A stretch of DNA of 64,000 nt from the human T2T-CHM13v2.0 reference genome, Homo sapiens. Below, one piece after another: positions 1 through 17,300 of this stretch; position 1 is the first letter of the stretch; the number at the start of each line of letters is the position of its first letter. Below the pieces are notes generated by a model. It did not search any database. It was given only the letters and a program-made list of their open reading frames with translations, and had not been told where the DNA came from. The position numbers and the translations under genes were made by a program. The DNA lies in the NCBI RefSeq assembly GCF_009914755.1, contig NC_060929.1, one strand, 5' to 3'.

Positions 1-4535
<4,535 letters not shown>

Positions 4536-4575
4536 TACTACTATTTTCAACAGTGATTGAACATCTATATTATCT

Positions 4576-4770
4576 CAGTAGAAGGATGATAAGTGATTAA
4601 TGCCACTTTTGTGATAGACAATGAAGGCTACAGGATCAATATAAATCAAACTTAAGAGATTTACATTAGCAGATAGTGTTGCAGTTATTTATTTTTGCTT
4701 CAAATTTCTTGTTTTGTATTTTAAGGATAAATCGTTATCTCCTTTATTTTTCCCCTTTACCTTCTATTCT
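4576..4770 (+). repeat. Copy 1 of a ~195-bp dispersed direct repeat
   Basis: cagtagaaggatg...gcagatagtgttgcagtt...cctttatttttcccctttac aligns with 5459-5657. Confidence 0.9.
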
Positions 4771-5458
4771 TATAGTTATTCCCTACAACCATATTACAAG
4801 TGATTTACAATTAACCATAGTATTAACCACTTTCAGGATTAGAATTTAGATTAACACAGTCCCTGTTCTCACAAGGGTCACAATGTAGCAGAGACATAAT
4901 CTATCTACTTCACAACGAAAGTACACATCTAAAAGCCCTAGAGAGCAGACAAAAAAAATTCATTTTAACAAATAGATTTATAACACTGAGCTCCAAGAAA
5001 CAGTTCTATAGTTGGTCTTTATAAGTGAATCACAAAAACAGATCTCCAATAAGATAAAATTATGTTGGTACAGGCCTTACACAGTGTCTCAGACATAGTG
5101 GACACTCTGTAAACATTTGTTGCTAAACCTCGCAATAAATTATACTAACTTTACTTTCAGAGTATAAATACCTACACCTTAGATGGTTGTGTTAATATAC
5201 CAACCAGAGGAGTTAGTAGAAAAGCAAAGAAGATATAATTGTCAACTACACTACCAGAGGTTTCAGCGTTTATGTCATAAGAGGACTTAAGTGACAATGA
5301 AATGATTCAGTGAGGGATAATGCTCTAGGGAATACAATAATAAAACTGTTAATAGGAATTAACCTCTAAGAAATTTATTTAAATCCAACAGTGTGTAAGA
5401 AACTCTAGAAAACTAGATTTGTATCTAGAAATGGGAGGACAAAACAGCTAAGAAAACC

Positions 5459-5657
5459 CAGTAGAAGGATGGTAAGTAATAAGTCCCACTTTTATGATAG
5501 ACAGTAAAGGCTATATGGTCAATATCAATCAAACTTAAAAGATTTACATCAGCAGATAGTGTTGCAGTTGTTTACATTTGCTTCAAATTTCTTGTTTTGT
5601 TGTATTTTAAGGATAAAATTATTATCGCCTTTATTTTTCCCCTTTACTTTCTCTTCT
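5459..5657 (+). repeat. Copy 2 of a ~195-bp dispersed direct repeat
   Basis: Aligns with 4576-4770, with scattered substitutions and a small indel. Confidence 0.9.
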
Positions 5658-6840
5658 CACTCTGCCCAAAGCAAGAATATCAAAGAGCTTATGATGGTGA
5701 GATGGAGGATATATGATGAGGAAAATTTACAAAGATAGTAAAGAAAAAGAAAAGAAGATTTTGTCTGTAGTCTGTTCAAAGAAACATTCAATCAAATAAG
5801 TTCACAGGGTCAAGGGGGAGGTAGTTAATCTATATAAGATATCAATGGTTTATCATAAAAACAAAAATCAAATCTATGGAACTAATTATAATTGCCACCA
5901 AGTTTGCCAGTGAAAATAATTTTTTCCTGACTCATGTTCACACATCCTAAACAATTTACGAAGTGATTTTGTACACATTTTATGATTAATTTGCACAATA
6001 AATGGGTAGAAAACAGCTGCTCAGAAAGTTTAAATAAGTAAAGGCTAACAGAAGTTGGATGAAGTCAGGAACTCAAATACTAAAAACAGGTTTCTTTGAA
6101 AAACTAGAAGTGAGGAAGCTTCGTGGTCTATATATATTTAATATTAAAATTTCTCCCGATAAAAGTAACTATCATTTGTTAAGCAAACATGTGACAAATG
6201 TTTTACCTCTCCAAGTGGGAGTGTCTCCCTGGCCCAGCTGGTGGCTCCTAGGACCCATATATTATCATATGGGTTTCTGCCCTTATAGTCAATAGTTTTC
6301 ACCTGTTAGTACATGAACCTCAGATATGCACGCATGTGGGTCTCTTTGAGAGTAGTAAAGACAAGGGAGAATAGCTACCAAACTTCTCCCATAATCTTTG
6401 CAGACCCTCTGCCCTACTGTCTGCTGGGGTTCTGTTCTCCCTAATTAATTCGTTATGTCCACCATATTGCTGATGCACCACCCAGGCAGCTGGCCACGTA
6501 CCTATCAATTATCTTCAGATCACTGACCTCCACTCTGCCCACAGGCGGTGCCTATGTCATATTACCAACCTCCAATGCTCCTCCAGTACTCTGCTACCTC
6601 CCACAGAGCTCTCTCTACCTACCTCTAGATGTTACTCACTCATTCTCTGGCCAATAAATGAACATTTTCCTCATCTAGTAAACAGTTTTCTTAAGAAGTT
6701 CCCCACAGTTTATTTGCTTGGTCCCTTGCCTATTATTTTTACAGTTCCACTAGAGTAAGGTGAAAGAAGTCCTCAGCAGAGTGACTTGGAGACTAATAAC
6801 AGTCTTTCCTCCCTACCCCAATCCCTTACACATACAGGTA

Positions 6841-6888
6841 CACACATGCAAACACACACACACACACACACACACACGCACGCACACA
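6841..6888. repeat. (CA)n microsatellite
   Basis: Seen directly. Confidence 0.95.
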
Positions 6889-7249
6889 GTATAGAGGTGA
6901 TACTAGAGAACATATCAGGAAATGTTCAGCCTCAGCAGTTTATACTATATATTGGATGTATTGCCACCTCTCTTGACAGGCAAAACTAGTACTGAATTTT
7001 ATTCACTCAAGTCAGATTTTTCATTTCTCTCAGGAGCCTGGTTGACAATAGCTCAATCCCTAAAATCTAGTTTTTCATTTCTATTGCTCCAGTTCAACAT
7101 ACATAACTGTATTCATCAGAAAACCAAAGTCAGACAGATTTCAAGCTCTTTTTTTGGGCTTCTGAGCCTCAGGCAAAAGCAAACCAAGGAATGTGGCTAC
7201 TACCTCTATCTCTCAAGGTTCTATGGCCATTAATGAGGTTTTGTCTTTG

Positions 7250-7495
7250 CAAAACAGAGAACTTCTACTACCACAGTATTGTGCAAACCACATTATTGTT
7301 TCAAACAGGAAACAATACATGTAACCTCAGATTACATACATCTAAAATAAACATTGATGAGCCTTATCTATGTCCAATGAAATTTGGTAATTTTTTATTC
7401 TACTCAATATTTTTTATGTTTAAATGGGAGTCAAACCCACTAAAATGATCTGATGCATCACTAGTAGATCATTCCCGCAGTTTTAAGAGCTTTTT
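7250..7495 (-). mobile_element. Degenerate hAT/Charlie-type MITE, same family as 45870-46140
   Basis: aacccactaaaatgatctgatgcatcactagtagatcattcccgcagtttt is reverse-similar to ttttcaaactgtaccttgcagcccattagtgtgtcacgaaat at about 45878. Family name uncertain. Confidence 0.45.
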
Positions 7496-7589
7496 CTAGC
7501 AGGCAGAATGAAAAATGCCTAACTCAACATGTTTGAATATTAAGTCTCTAATTCTACCCAACAAAATACCAGGTAACGCATATGTTATA

Positions 7590-7745
7590 TCTTAAACTTT
7601 CTCAATCACACTCCATGGTAGATATTGTTATGCCTAAATGACAAAGTCCAAGATATTTAATGACTTTCCCAAGATCACACATCTAGAAATGATACTTCAG
7701 AACATCAAATTCAGGTTCATCTGAGCTCTAAGACTCCTCTCCATA
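7590..7745 (-). mobile_element. MIR SINE fragment
   Basis: MIR core-like 'tgactttcccaagatcacacatctagaaatg...aaattcaggttcatctga'. Confidence 0.65.
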
Positions 7746-8384
7746 TGACAATATGTTGTTACTTATGGTTCAAACAACCATAAGTATGGATGGAACAATG
7801 AAGAATATGGGGCATATGTTGCAGGAATTAAGAGATTTAAAAGCCAAGCTTCCTTGTGAGCTGGACTTTATCAATTCAGTATACATATATCTTTTGGGGC
7901 CCAATTTGCTAGACATTGTCATACAAAGATGGATATAAACTCCCTCTTCTCCGAGAATCCAAAATTGTGGGCCAAACTTGAATTCTGGATGTAATCTGGA
8001 CAGACAGAAATGATGAAGATACTTCAGGTCAAGAGCAAAACATGAGCAAGGAATAATCACAATAAGAACATTATGCAGAGGCAACAATAAAAAAAAAGAA
8101 GACTGAGGTGGAGGAAGACACCCTACTATATGCTGCTATATGTGAGAAGTAGGATGAGGACTAGTCACAAAGAGCAGCAACTATGTGCAGAATGGGGCAC
8201 TTGGTGAGGAAAAAGACACCCTGTAGGGTCATACCTTTGACAAGGAAATAATAAGGAAGAAGAATATATTCAAAGGCACAGATCTTTTTTTGACAAGTTT
8301 TCTAAAAGATAGTAAAAAAAGATATCCAAAAGGCAGTAGAAAAGCTAGCTGCCTCACTCTTTCCACACATTTAATCAGAATGCC

Positions 8385-8560
8385 AAGTACAGTTGTTTTA
8401 AAATGTCTCCCAATTTTTTGATAGTCCTCCCATCAAAAGGCAGAGTCTAATTCTCTTCTTCTTGAATAAGAATTGATTTTAACAAATCACTTTTAAGGAA
8501 AACTTCTAGCAATTAGAATGAGAAGGAACTGATGCTATGTGACCTCCAACGCTGGTTCAG
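8385..8560 (+). mobile_element. MaLR (MLT1-type) LTR fragment
   Basis: 'ttttttgatagtcctcccatcaaaaggcagagtctaattctc...cttgaat' resembles an MLT1 LTR start. Confidence 0.5.
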
Positions 8561-8593
8561 AGATCAGGTAACCATAGTATTTCTGTCTGTCTG

Positions 8594-8625
<32 letters not shown>

Positions 8626-8779
8626 ACTCCCAAACAAAAGGAGGAGCATGGATCACAGTATTTTCTCTTGAACAGTCACTGCCTGCAAAAGTAACACATA
8701 CCGAAAACAAACTGAGGGGAAAAGAAAGTGGGTGCTGATTGAGACGAGAGACCGTGATGGCTTAAAAATACAAATCAGT

Positions 8780-9260
8780 GGTGCTGTCCCAGAAGCAGAG
8801 AGGAGCACACAACATGCAAAACAAACATTTTCTTCAAACATAGAGCTCGATACAAGGATTTGGGTGCAAGAGGTTCATTTTGGAAATGATTGTAGGAAGT
8901 GCAATGAGGCTAATAGGGATCTAAGGGAGGGAAAGGAAAACAGCTAAGAAATGTTCTGTTGCTCTGTGGGCAAGTAGAACTTATTCCTACTGGAATAAGT
9001 AGAAATAGCATTGAATACTCCCTTGGAGTCATCTTGCATGGGATAAAGAAACTGGGGTATTTCCACCAACTCCCATTCTTCATTAAAGAGATTGCTCCAG
9101 AGTTGTTAACTCTTCAGTACTGCTGGTCTGGCACATTTGTGGGTAGAGCGTAATCCTAGAAGCAGATAATGTTTCAAGCAGAGACACAGGTAGCCATTGG
9201 CATTCTTCCTGCAGGTGAACTTCAGGTGGGCTGAGGGGATGTGGGTGTGACACTGTCTGC
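8780..9260 (-). mobile_element. Ancient ERVL-class LTR (LTR16/LTR33-like)
   Basis: 'cccagaagcaga...caaggatttgggtgcaagaggttcattttggaaatgattgtaggaag' motif. Confidence 0.5.
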
Positions 9261-12200
9261 TGTAGTGTCTGACCGAATGTGTCATTGAGCTGTGAGTGAG
9301 GTAAAGAAATAGATATGGTGGTAAAAATATCATTCTGGTGAAGATTGACCGTGGAACAAGGAAAGAGATGCAGTGATAGCTAGTGTTTTATAGTTCTAGC
9401 ACTTAATTCATAGATTCACATTTCAGCACTCAGTGTTTCAACTGCCATCTTATGTGAGAAACCTGGACCTAAGAGGAGATAACTTGTTCGTCCAAATTTT
9501 CACAACCACCATGGTTCTGTGTCTCCTAACATTTACAATTCTGTGTTATTACATACTTCCTCACTAATACATCTTTACCTTAAAAAGAAAAAAGAAGGGA
9601 CAAATAGGGATTGGCATGACCACCTGCACCCAGATAGGGCATTGGCAGCCCCTGGAAAGAGGTCTGTTTACCAGTGAAGTCAACACACAGCACCCAGGAT
9701 GTGAACACCTCTGTTTCTTGAAATGTATATAAATACTTTTCTTTGAAGAACTCACTTTTTCTCTATCCTCATATATTCTGCTGTTTTTGAAAAAGATGAC
9801 AATATTTTCCACAGATTGTTGCTTCTGTGCTTTATATGCACATTAAGATATATAAGTGAGAAAAACTGAATTTCTCCATTTGAGTATTAAAGAGTGAAGC
9901 TGGATTATCGAATTCAGCCATGTGTTAGTAATCCTCGAAATAAAAAGTTAGCATATACCACAGGAACAAAATTTTACTAAGCCAGATACATCATGGGCTT
10001 CTAAGAAACAACCTGAAAAGCTTTAAAAAAAGAAATCAATGTTAACATAGCATTTAATCATTTATAGGAGGACACCATTCTCAGGAGTATCTTTTAGTAA
10101 CAGTCTGAAATTATATCCCTTAGTAGAAGAACATGCCTTTAGTCATTGGAGAGATTCTGGTGGCACCAAGTGATTTATTAGGGAGTACAGGAAGATTTGA
10201 GATAGTAAAGTCTTATATTTGAAAGATTATATCCTCTGCCTGGACAAAATTATATATAAGGGTAAAAATATGACATGAAAAAATGAGAGTACAACTATGA
10301 AATAAGAATGCAGTATAAGAGCAATAAAAATTGTTTAAATAATGTGAACAAGAGAATTTATTAATAATATCTAATATACTGAGTACACACCTGAGGGCAA
10401 TGTAAAAAAAAGTCATCGTAACTGCTGCCATAAGCAATTTTAAAAAGAAAAAAACTATAAAGGAATTATTTTAATCAAGATTAAGTTTTCCAGAGACCTA
10501 TGTGAGGTTGTGGCATACCTCTCAACCTTTCCTAAAAATCTTCCCAAAATGATGCACCATTTCAAACCTTTCTATTTAAGCGGCTTCAAAGGATCACAGT
10601 AAAACTTGGCCTGCTCACACATTTTAAATTCAGCTTTTATCAAACTGATTTATGATTTGAATTAGACTTATGTCAATTTGATTTATGTGTCTGCTCTTGG
10701 CCTATGCTATGTGTACTGACCATAACCGACTTGTCACTGAGGAAAGACAATCCACAAGGACAGGGATAATATACCTCCCAAAGGGCCATTAAAGGGAAAT
10801 AACAGTACAAACCTTGTCCTTTGCTCTCTGTGTCCCGTGAGCTCCAAAAAGTATGCATCTTGCAGTGCCAGGCACAGATTAGGAGCACGGAATCCCCTGA
10901 GATAAGCAAACAAATATATCATGTGCTTTCTGGAAAGGTAACATCACTCATCATGTTCCTTTGAAACTATTTTTAAATAATGGCTGAGTTGGGAAACCAT
11001 TTAAGACGCATCACCTGTTACCATTAAGTGATATTCACAATTCTAATTAGCTTGCATTGCTACACAGGGCCCTTGTGGTTGTCTTAAATTTTCTGATTTA
11101 AATACAGACATTTTTCTTGTCCCAGGGAGACACCATTATCAAGGTTTGGTGGAGAAAAAAATATATGAGACAAGTATTGCAATATCAATAGTCTCATAAA
11201 ATTAAGTTCTTAGCCAATGAACTTGAAGACTTGATATTAAATTTCTAAGGTTATTTTTTAGCAGTCTGCCCTTTTAGGAACAATATTGTGATTTTACCAT
11301 TAACAACTGTTGGCCAAGATAGAGAGTCCTATTTTCTTCACTTGTGATCTGTCATTATCAAATATATTCAAAATCTTCTTGCCATTGCTAAGCATCATTT
11401 TAACTTTTTTCTCTTTCTGTTGTTGTTCATTTCTATATTTAGCTTCCACAAATCTAAAATGAAAAATAAAGTATAGAACAGACTGTAGGTATCTATCTAG
11501 GATGTCAGTATTTTATTGGATCATCACCAAACAGTGCAATGACAGGATTCCCAAACTGGTCTGCTGCTTAACATTGCTTTTCAAAGATCTGCTGAAAACA
11601 TTACTTCTTTAACAACTACAGTGTAATTTCTGCCAATTGCCACTTGTTGATACCTCCTAGGAAACCACCAAAAATTAGCTGGAAAAATATGTTTTGAAAT
11701 GTTTAAGAGGAAAATTATTTCCTTTGAATATCTGTAGAAAGCAATATACCATGATTTTTGAGGGCTGTGTTGCTGCCAAAAAATGTGTTTGTCTAAGCAG
11801 AACTTGAGGTACGTGAAATTTTACATTTTCTATAAACTTAAAGCTGTAACCATCAACAACTCTCTGGCTACTTTCTTCTCTCTGGTTAACAACACTTAAT
11901 AATAGGGTATCCAGAGAGTTATGAAAGCTTACTCTTTATAGATCTTCAATCAAGAAAACGGCCTTGTCCTTGGTAAGCTTACGTGTAGTTCTCTCATTGG
12001 AGAAACTGTTCTAAGCAAATCATGAAGTCCTACTTTCTCCCCAGAATATTAAGGTATCAGGTGCCCAAACTGGAAGGTTCTACTGGTCTCGGGAAACCTC
12101 AGGCAAACTGGACTCTTACCAGTTGCCTTTGATATTCTTAAGGAATTAATTTGAAAAACTTTATGCTTTCCCAAAATATCAAATAATACAGTAACATTTC

Positions 12201-13544
12201 AAAAGTACTACTCAATTTGAGTAAGGGACAATGAAATTTGCTTGAATTGCAAACATTAAAAGTAGTCAAAGCTTACTCAAAAACAAGGTGACTCTTTTCC
12301 CATATCTAACACCCTCTGAATACAATTCAAATTTGTGACTTGGTAAAATAACAAACTATGATAGGTTTTAGAAAACATTGTTGAAGCAACAAATGCCAAA
12401 GTTCTGTCTTATTACTTCTCTCATAACCATGGCTTCAAGCACCACACTGTTCTGCCTCAATAAAATGCACATCATTCAGAGAGCTGATGGAGGAGAAAGC
12501 AGCTAATAGCTCTGAAAGAAAGGAATGATTAAATACAGTGTATTGTGACTATTGTGTTTAATTTCATGATATATAAAGAAATTTAATGACTTATTTAGCT
12601 GTTTCTTCAGGATGGCTTCTTCTGACCTTTTACAGCTCATTCAGTGCCCTAGGAGAGAGGAAGATAAGAATGCATTTCAGATTCTTCCATTATCCTACAG
12701 TGTAACAGGTGGAGCATTTTCTGGTGTCACTACAAAACTTGATTAGCCTGGTTAGGAAGATGCTTTTCCAAAGGAGTGAAAGTGCTCACACTCTGCATGA
12801 TGCTTTCCTTTCTCATTAAGCCTGACATTTCAGTGCTTTGTTGCAAACAAAAACTCATAATAGCACTGGACCAAGGGTATAAAATTTTGCGCTGTACACA
12901 TAATACACTTTGTAAAAGGAAAGGGAGTGACAGAGTTGTTGATGTATGCTTTGTAGTTATCACTTTACGACAGTTACCAAACAGCAGCAGCTTTTTAGCT
13001 AGTTTTCAGACAACCGGTTTTGGACAGCTGTTCGAATATTGGCTACTCAACCAACCTATGCAATGATAATTTAGGGTGGGCTTTCGCCAGAAAACCAAGC
13101 ATATTTACTCTACCCTTTATTCCAAATAAACAAATGGCCTACTTTCTCCGTAGCCAAAAATGTTAGCTAAATTCCTAAATTTCAATTTTGACCTTCATTT
13201 TAAGGAAAATGAGCATCTGTTTTACTTTTAGAAATGGAGACCTAACCAGAGAGTACCAGCAACCATTGGAAAAACATAGCAATGGTCTGTTAGGGGTGGA
13301 GTGGCTGTTTGATCCAGCTCAACTATCATTATGATCTAGGACTTAGATTTTCTGGAGATTGAGGAGGGGTGGCTAGCCATATGCATATGTCACTGTAACC
13401 TTCTCACACTGTATTACACCTCTTTATTTTCTTGATAGAAGTTTAACATTTGGGTGTGCTTTTCTTTTAATATTGAAAACATTTTTTAAATAAGTTGAAT
13501 ATTACCATTATTTAAACTGCCAAGTCTTTGCAAATTTTTTTAAA

Positions 13545-14336
13545 TTTCCACTTTTATTTTAGATACAGAGAGTATATGTGCATATTTGTTACACAGGAGT
13601 ACTGTGTGATGCTGAGGTTTGGAATACGGATCCAATCACCCTGGTAGCAAACATAGTACCTCATAGGTAGTTTTTTACGCCAACACCCCTCCCTCCACCC
13701 TCTGGTAGTCCACAGTATATATTGTTTCCATATTTACGTCCATACGTGCTCAATGATTAGCTCCCACTTATAAGTGAGTACATATGGTATTTGGTTTTCT
13801 GTCTTTGTATTAATTTGCTTAGGAGTATGGCCTCCAGCTCCAACCATATCCCTGCAAAGGACATGTTATTCTTTTTTATAACTGTGTAGTATGCCATGGT
13901 ACATATATACCATATTTTTTTTATCCAATCTACCATTGATGGGCACCTGGGTTGACTCCATGTCTTTGCTATTGTGAATAGTGAAACAATGAACATATGA
14001 GTACATGTGTCTTTTTGGTAGAATGATTTAGTTCCTTTTGGGTACATACCTAGGAATGGGATAGCTGGGTCAAATGGTAGCTCTGTATTAGCTCTTTCAG
14101 AATCTCTAGAACGTTTTCCACAATGACTGGACTAATTTAAATTCCCACCAACAATGTATAAACTTTCTCTTTGCTCCACAGCCTCGCCAGCATCTGTTAT
14201 TGTTTTTTACTTTTTAATAATAGCCATTCTGACTGGTGCAAGATGGTATCTCATCACGGTTTTGATTTGCATTTCTCTGATGATTAGTGATGCTTAGCAT
14301 GTTTTCATATGTTTCTTGGCCACCTGAATGTCTTTT
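13545..14336 (-). mobile_element. Host L1 (L1PA15/16-like): 3' end, 3'UTR and ORF2 C-terminus
   Basis: ORF 13757-14047 (YPK..YQKDTCTHMFI..WSQPRCPSMVDWIKKIWY) is the ORF2p C-terminus. T-rich tail near 13545. Confidence 0.9.
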
Positions 14337-17300
14337 TTTTTTAATTTTTCATAGGTTATTGGGGTACAGGTGGTATTTGATTACGTAAGTTCTTTAGTGG
14401 TGATTTGAGAGATTTTGGTTCACCCATCACCCAAGCAGTATACACAGCACTCTATTTGGAGCCTTTTATCCCTCGACCCCTCCCACCCTTCCCCCCAAGT
14501 CCCCAAAGTCCATCGTATCATTCTTACACCTCTGTGTGCTCGCAGCTTAGCTCCCACATATCAGTGAGAACATTAAATGTTTGGTTTTCCACTCCTGAGT
14601 TACTTCACTTAGAATAATAGTCTCCAATTTCATCCAGGTGGCTGCAAATGCTGTTAATTTATTCCATTTTATGGCTGAGTAGTATTCTATTATATATATA
14701 CACACACAGTTTCTTTGTCCACTCATTGATTGATGGACATTTGGGTTGGTTCCACGATTTTGCACTCGCAAAATGTGCTGCTATAAACATGTGTGTGCAA
14801 GCATCTTTTTCGTAAAATGACTTCTTTTCCTCTGGTAGATACCCAGGAGTGGGATTGCTGGATCAAATGGTAGTTCTACTTTTAGTTATTTAAGGAAGCT
14901 CCATGCTGTTTTCCATAGTGGCTGTACTAGTTTACATTCTGACCACCAGTGTAAAAGCGTTCCCTGATTACCGCATCCATGCCAACATCTACTGTTTTTT
15001 GATTTTTTGATTATGGCTATTCTTACAGGAGTAAGGTGGTATCACGTCGTGGTTTTGACTTGCATTTCCCTGATCATTAGTGACATTTAAGATTTTTTCA
15101 TATGTTTGTTGGCCATTTGTGTATCTTCTTTGAGAATTGTCTATTCATGTCCTTAGCCCACTTTTTGATGGGATTGTTTTTTTTCTTGCTGATTTGAGTT
15201 TGTTGTAGATTCTGGATATTAGTCCTTTGTCAGGCTGCACGGATTGTGAAGATATTCTCTCACTCTGTGGGTTGTCTGTTTACTCTGCTGACTGTTCCTT
15301 TTGCCACGCAAACACTCTTTAGTTTAAATCCCAGCTATTTATCTTTGTTTTTATTGCATTTGCTTTGGGGTTCTTGGTCATGAAATCGTTTCCTAAGCCA
15401 ATGTCTAGAAGGGTTTTTCCAGTGTCATCTTCTAGAATTTTATAGTTTCAGGTCTTAGATTTAAGTCCTTAATTCATCTCGAGTTGATTTTTGTATAAGT
15501 CAAGAGATGAGGATCCACTTTCTTTCTCCTACTTGTGGCTAGCCAATTATCCCAGCACCATTTGTTGAAAACAGTTTCTTTTCCCGTTTTTTTTTTTTTT
15601 GTTGTTGTTGTTTGTTTGCTTTGTTGAAGATCAGTTGGCTGTAAGTATTTGGGTTTATTTCTGGGTTCACTATTCTGTTCCATTAGTCTATGTGTCTATT
15701 TTTATACCAGTACCATGCTGTTTTAGTGACTATGGCTTAATAGTATAGTTTGAAATCAGGTAATATGATGCCTCCAGATTTCTTCTTTTTGCTTAGTCTT
15801 GTTTTGGCTATGTGGGCTCTTTGTTGGTTCCATATGAATTTTAGATATAATTGTTTTTTCTAATTCTGTGAAGAATGATGGTGATATTTTGATGGGGATT
15901 GCATTGAATTTGTAGATTGCTTTTGACAGTATGGTTCTTTTAACAATATTGATTCTACCCATTCATGAGCATGGGATGTGTTTCCATTTGTTTGTGTCAT
16001 CTATGATTTCTTTCAGCACTGTTTTGTAGTTTTCCTCATAGAGGTCTTTCAACTCCTTAGGTATAGTCCCAAGTACTTTTTTTTTTCCAGCTATTGTGAA
16101 AAGGATTGAGTTCTTGATTTGATTCTCCACTTGGTCACTATTGGTATACAGAAGACCTACTGATTTGTGTACATTAATCTTGTATCCAGAAACTTTCCTG
16201 AATTCTTTTATCAGTTCTAGGAGCTTTCTGGAGGAGTCCATAGGGTTTTTTGAGGTAAATGATCATATCATCAGCAAACAGTGACAGTTTGACTTCTTTA
16301 CCGATTTGGATGCCCTTTATTTCTTCCTCTTGTCTGATTGCTCTGCCTAGGGCTTCCAGTACTGTGTTGAAGAGGAGTGGTGTGAGTGGTCATCCTTGTC
16401 TTTTTCCTGTTCTCAGAGGAAATTCTTTCAACTTTTCCCATGTTGCCTGTGGGTTTGTCATAGATGGCTTTTTTTACATTGAGGTATGTCTGCTGTATGC
16501 TGATTTTGCTGAGAGATTTAAATCATAAAAGGATGTTGGATTTTGTTGATTGCTTTTTCTGCATCTATTGAGATAATCATGTGATTTTTGTTTTCAATTC
16601 TGTTTATGTGGTGTATCACATTTATTGACTTGTGTATGTTAAACCGTCTCTGCATTCCTGGCATGAAACCCACTTGATCATGGTGGATTACCCTTTTGAT
16701 ATGTTGTTAGATTTGGTTAGCTAGTATTTTGTTAAGGATTTTAGCATCTATGTTCATCGGGGATATTGGTCTGTAGTTTTTTTTTTTTTTTTTTTGGTTA
16801 TATCCTTTCCTGGTTTTGATATTAGGGTGATGCTGGCTTCATAGAATTAGAGAGGATCCCCTCTTTATCATGTGAAATAGTGTCAAAAGGATTGGTACCA
16901 ATTCTTTGAATGTCTGGTAGTACTCTGTTGTGAATGCATCTGGTCCTGGATTTTTTTTGTTTGTAATTTTAAAATTACCATTTTGATCTTGCTGCTACTT
17001 ATTAGTCTGTTCAGGGTATCTAATTCTTCCTGATTTAAGCTAGGATGATTGTATTTTCCAGGAATTTATCCATCTCTTTTAGGTTTTCTAGTTTATGTGC
17101 ATAAAGGTGTTCATAGTAGCCTTGAATGATCTTTTGTATTTCAGTGGTGTCAGCTGTAATAACCTCATTAAGAAACAAAATGGGAGATATTTGGGTTTTC
17201 TCTCTTCTCAGTTAATATTTCTAATGGTTTATCAATTTTATTTATCTTTTAAAGGATGAGTTTTTTGCTTATCTTTTGTACTTTTTTGTTTCAATTACAT

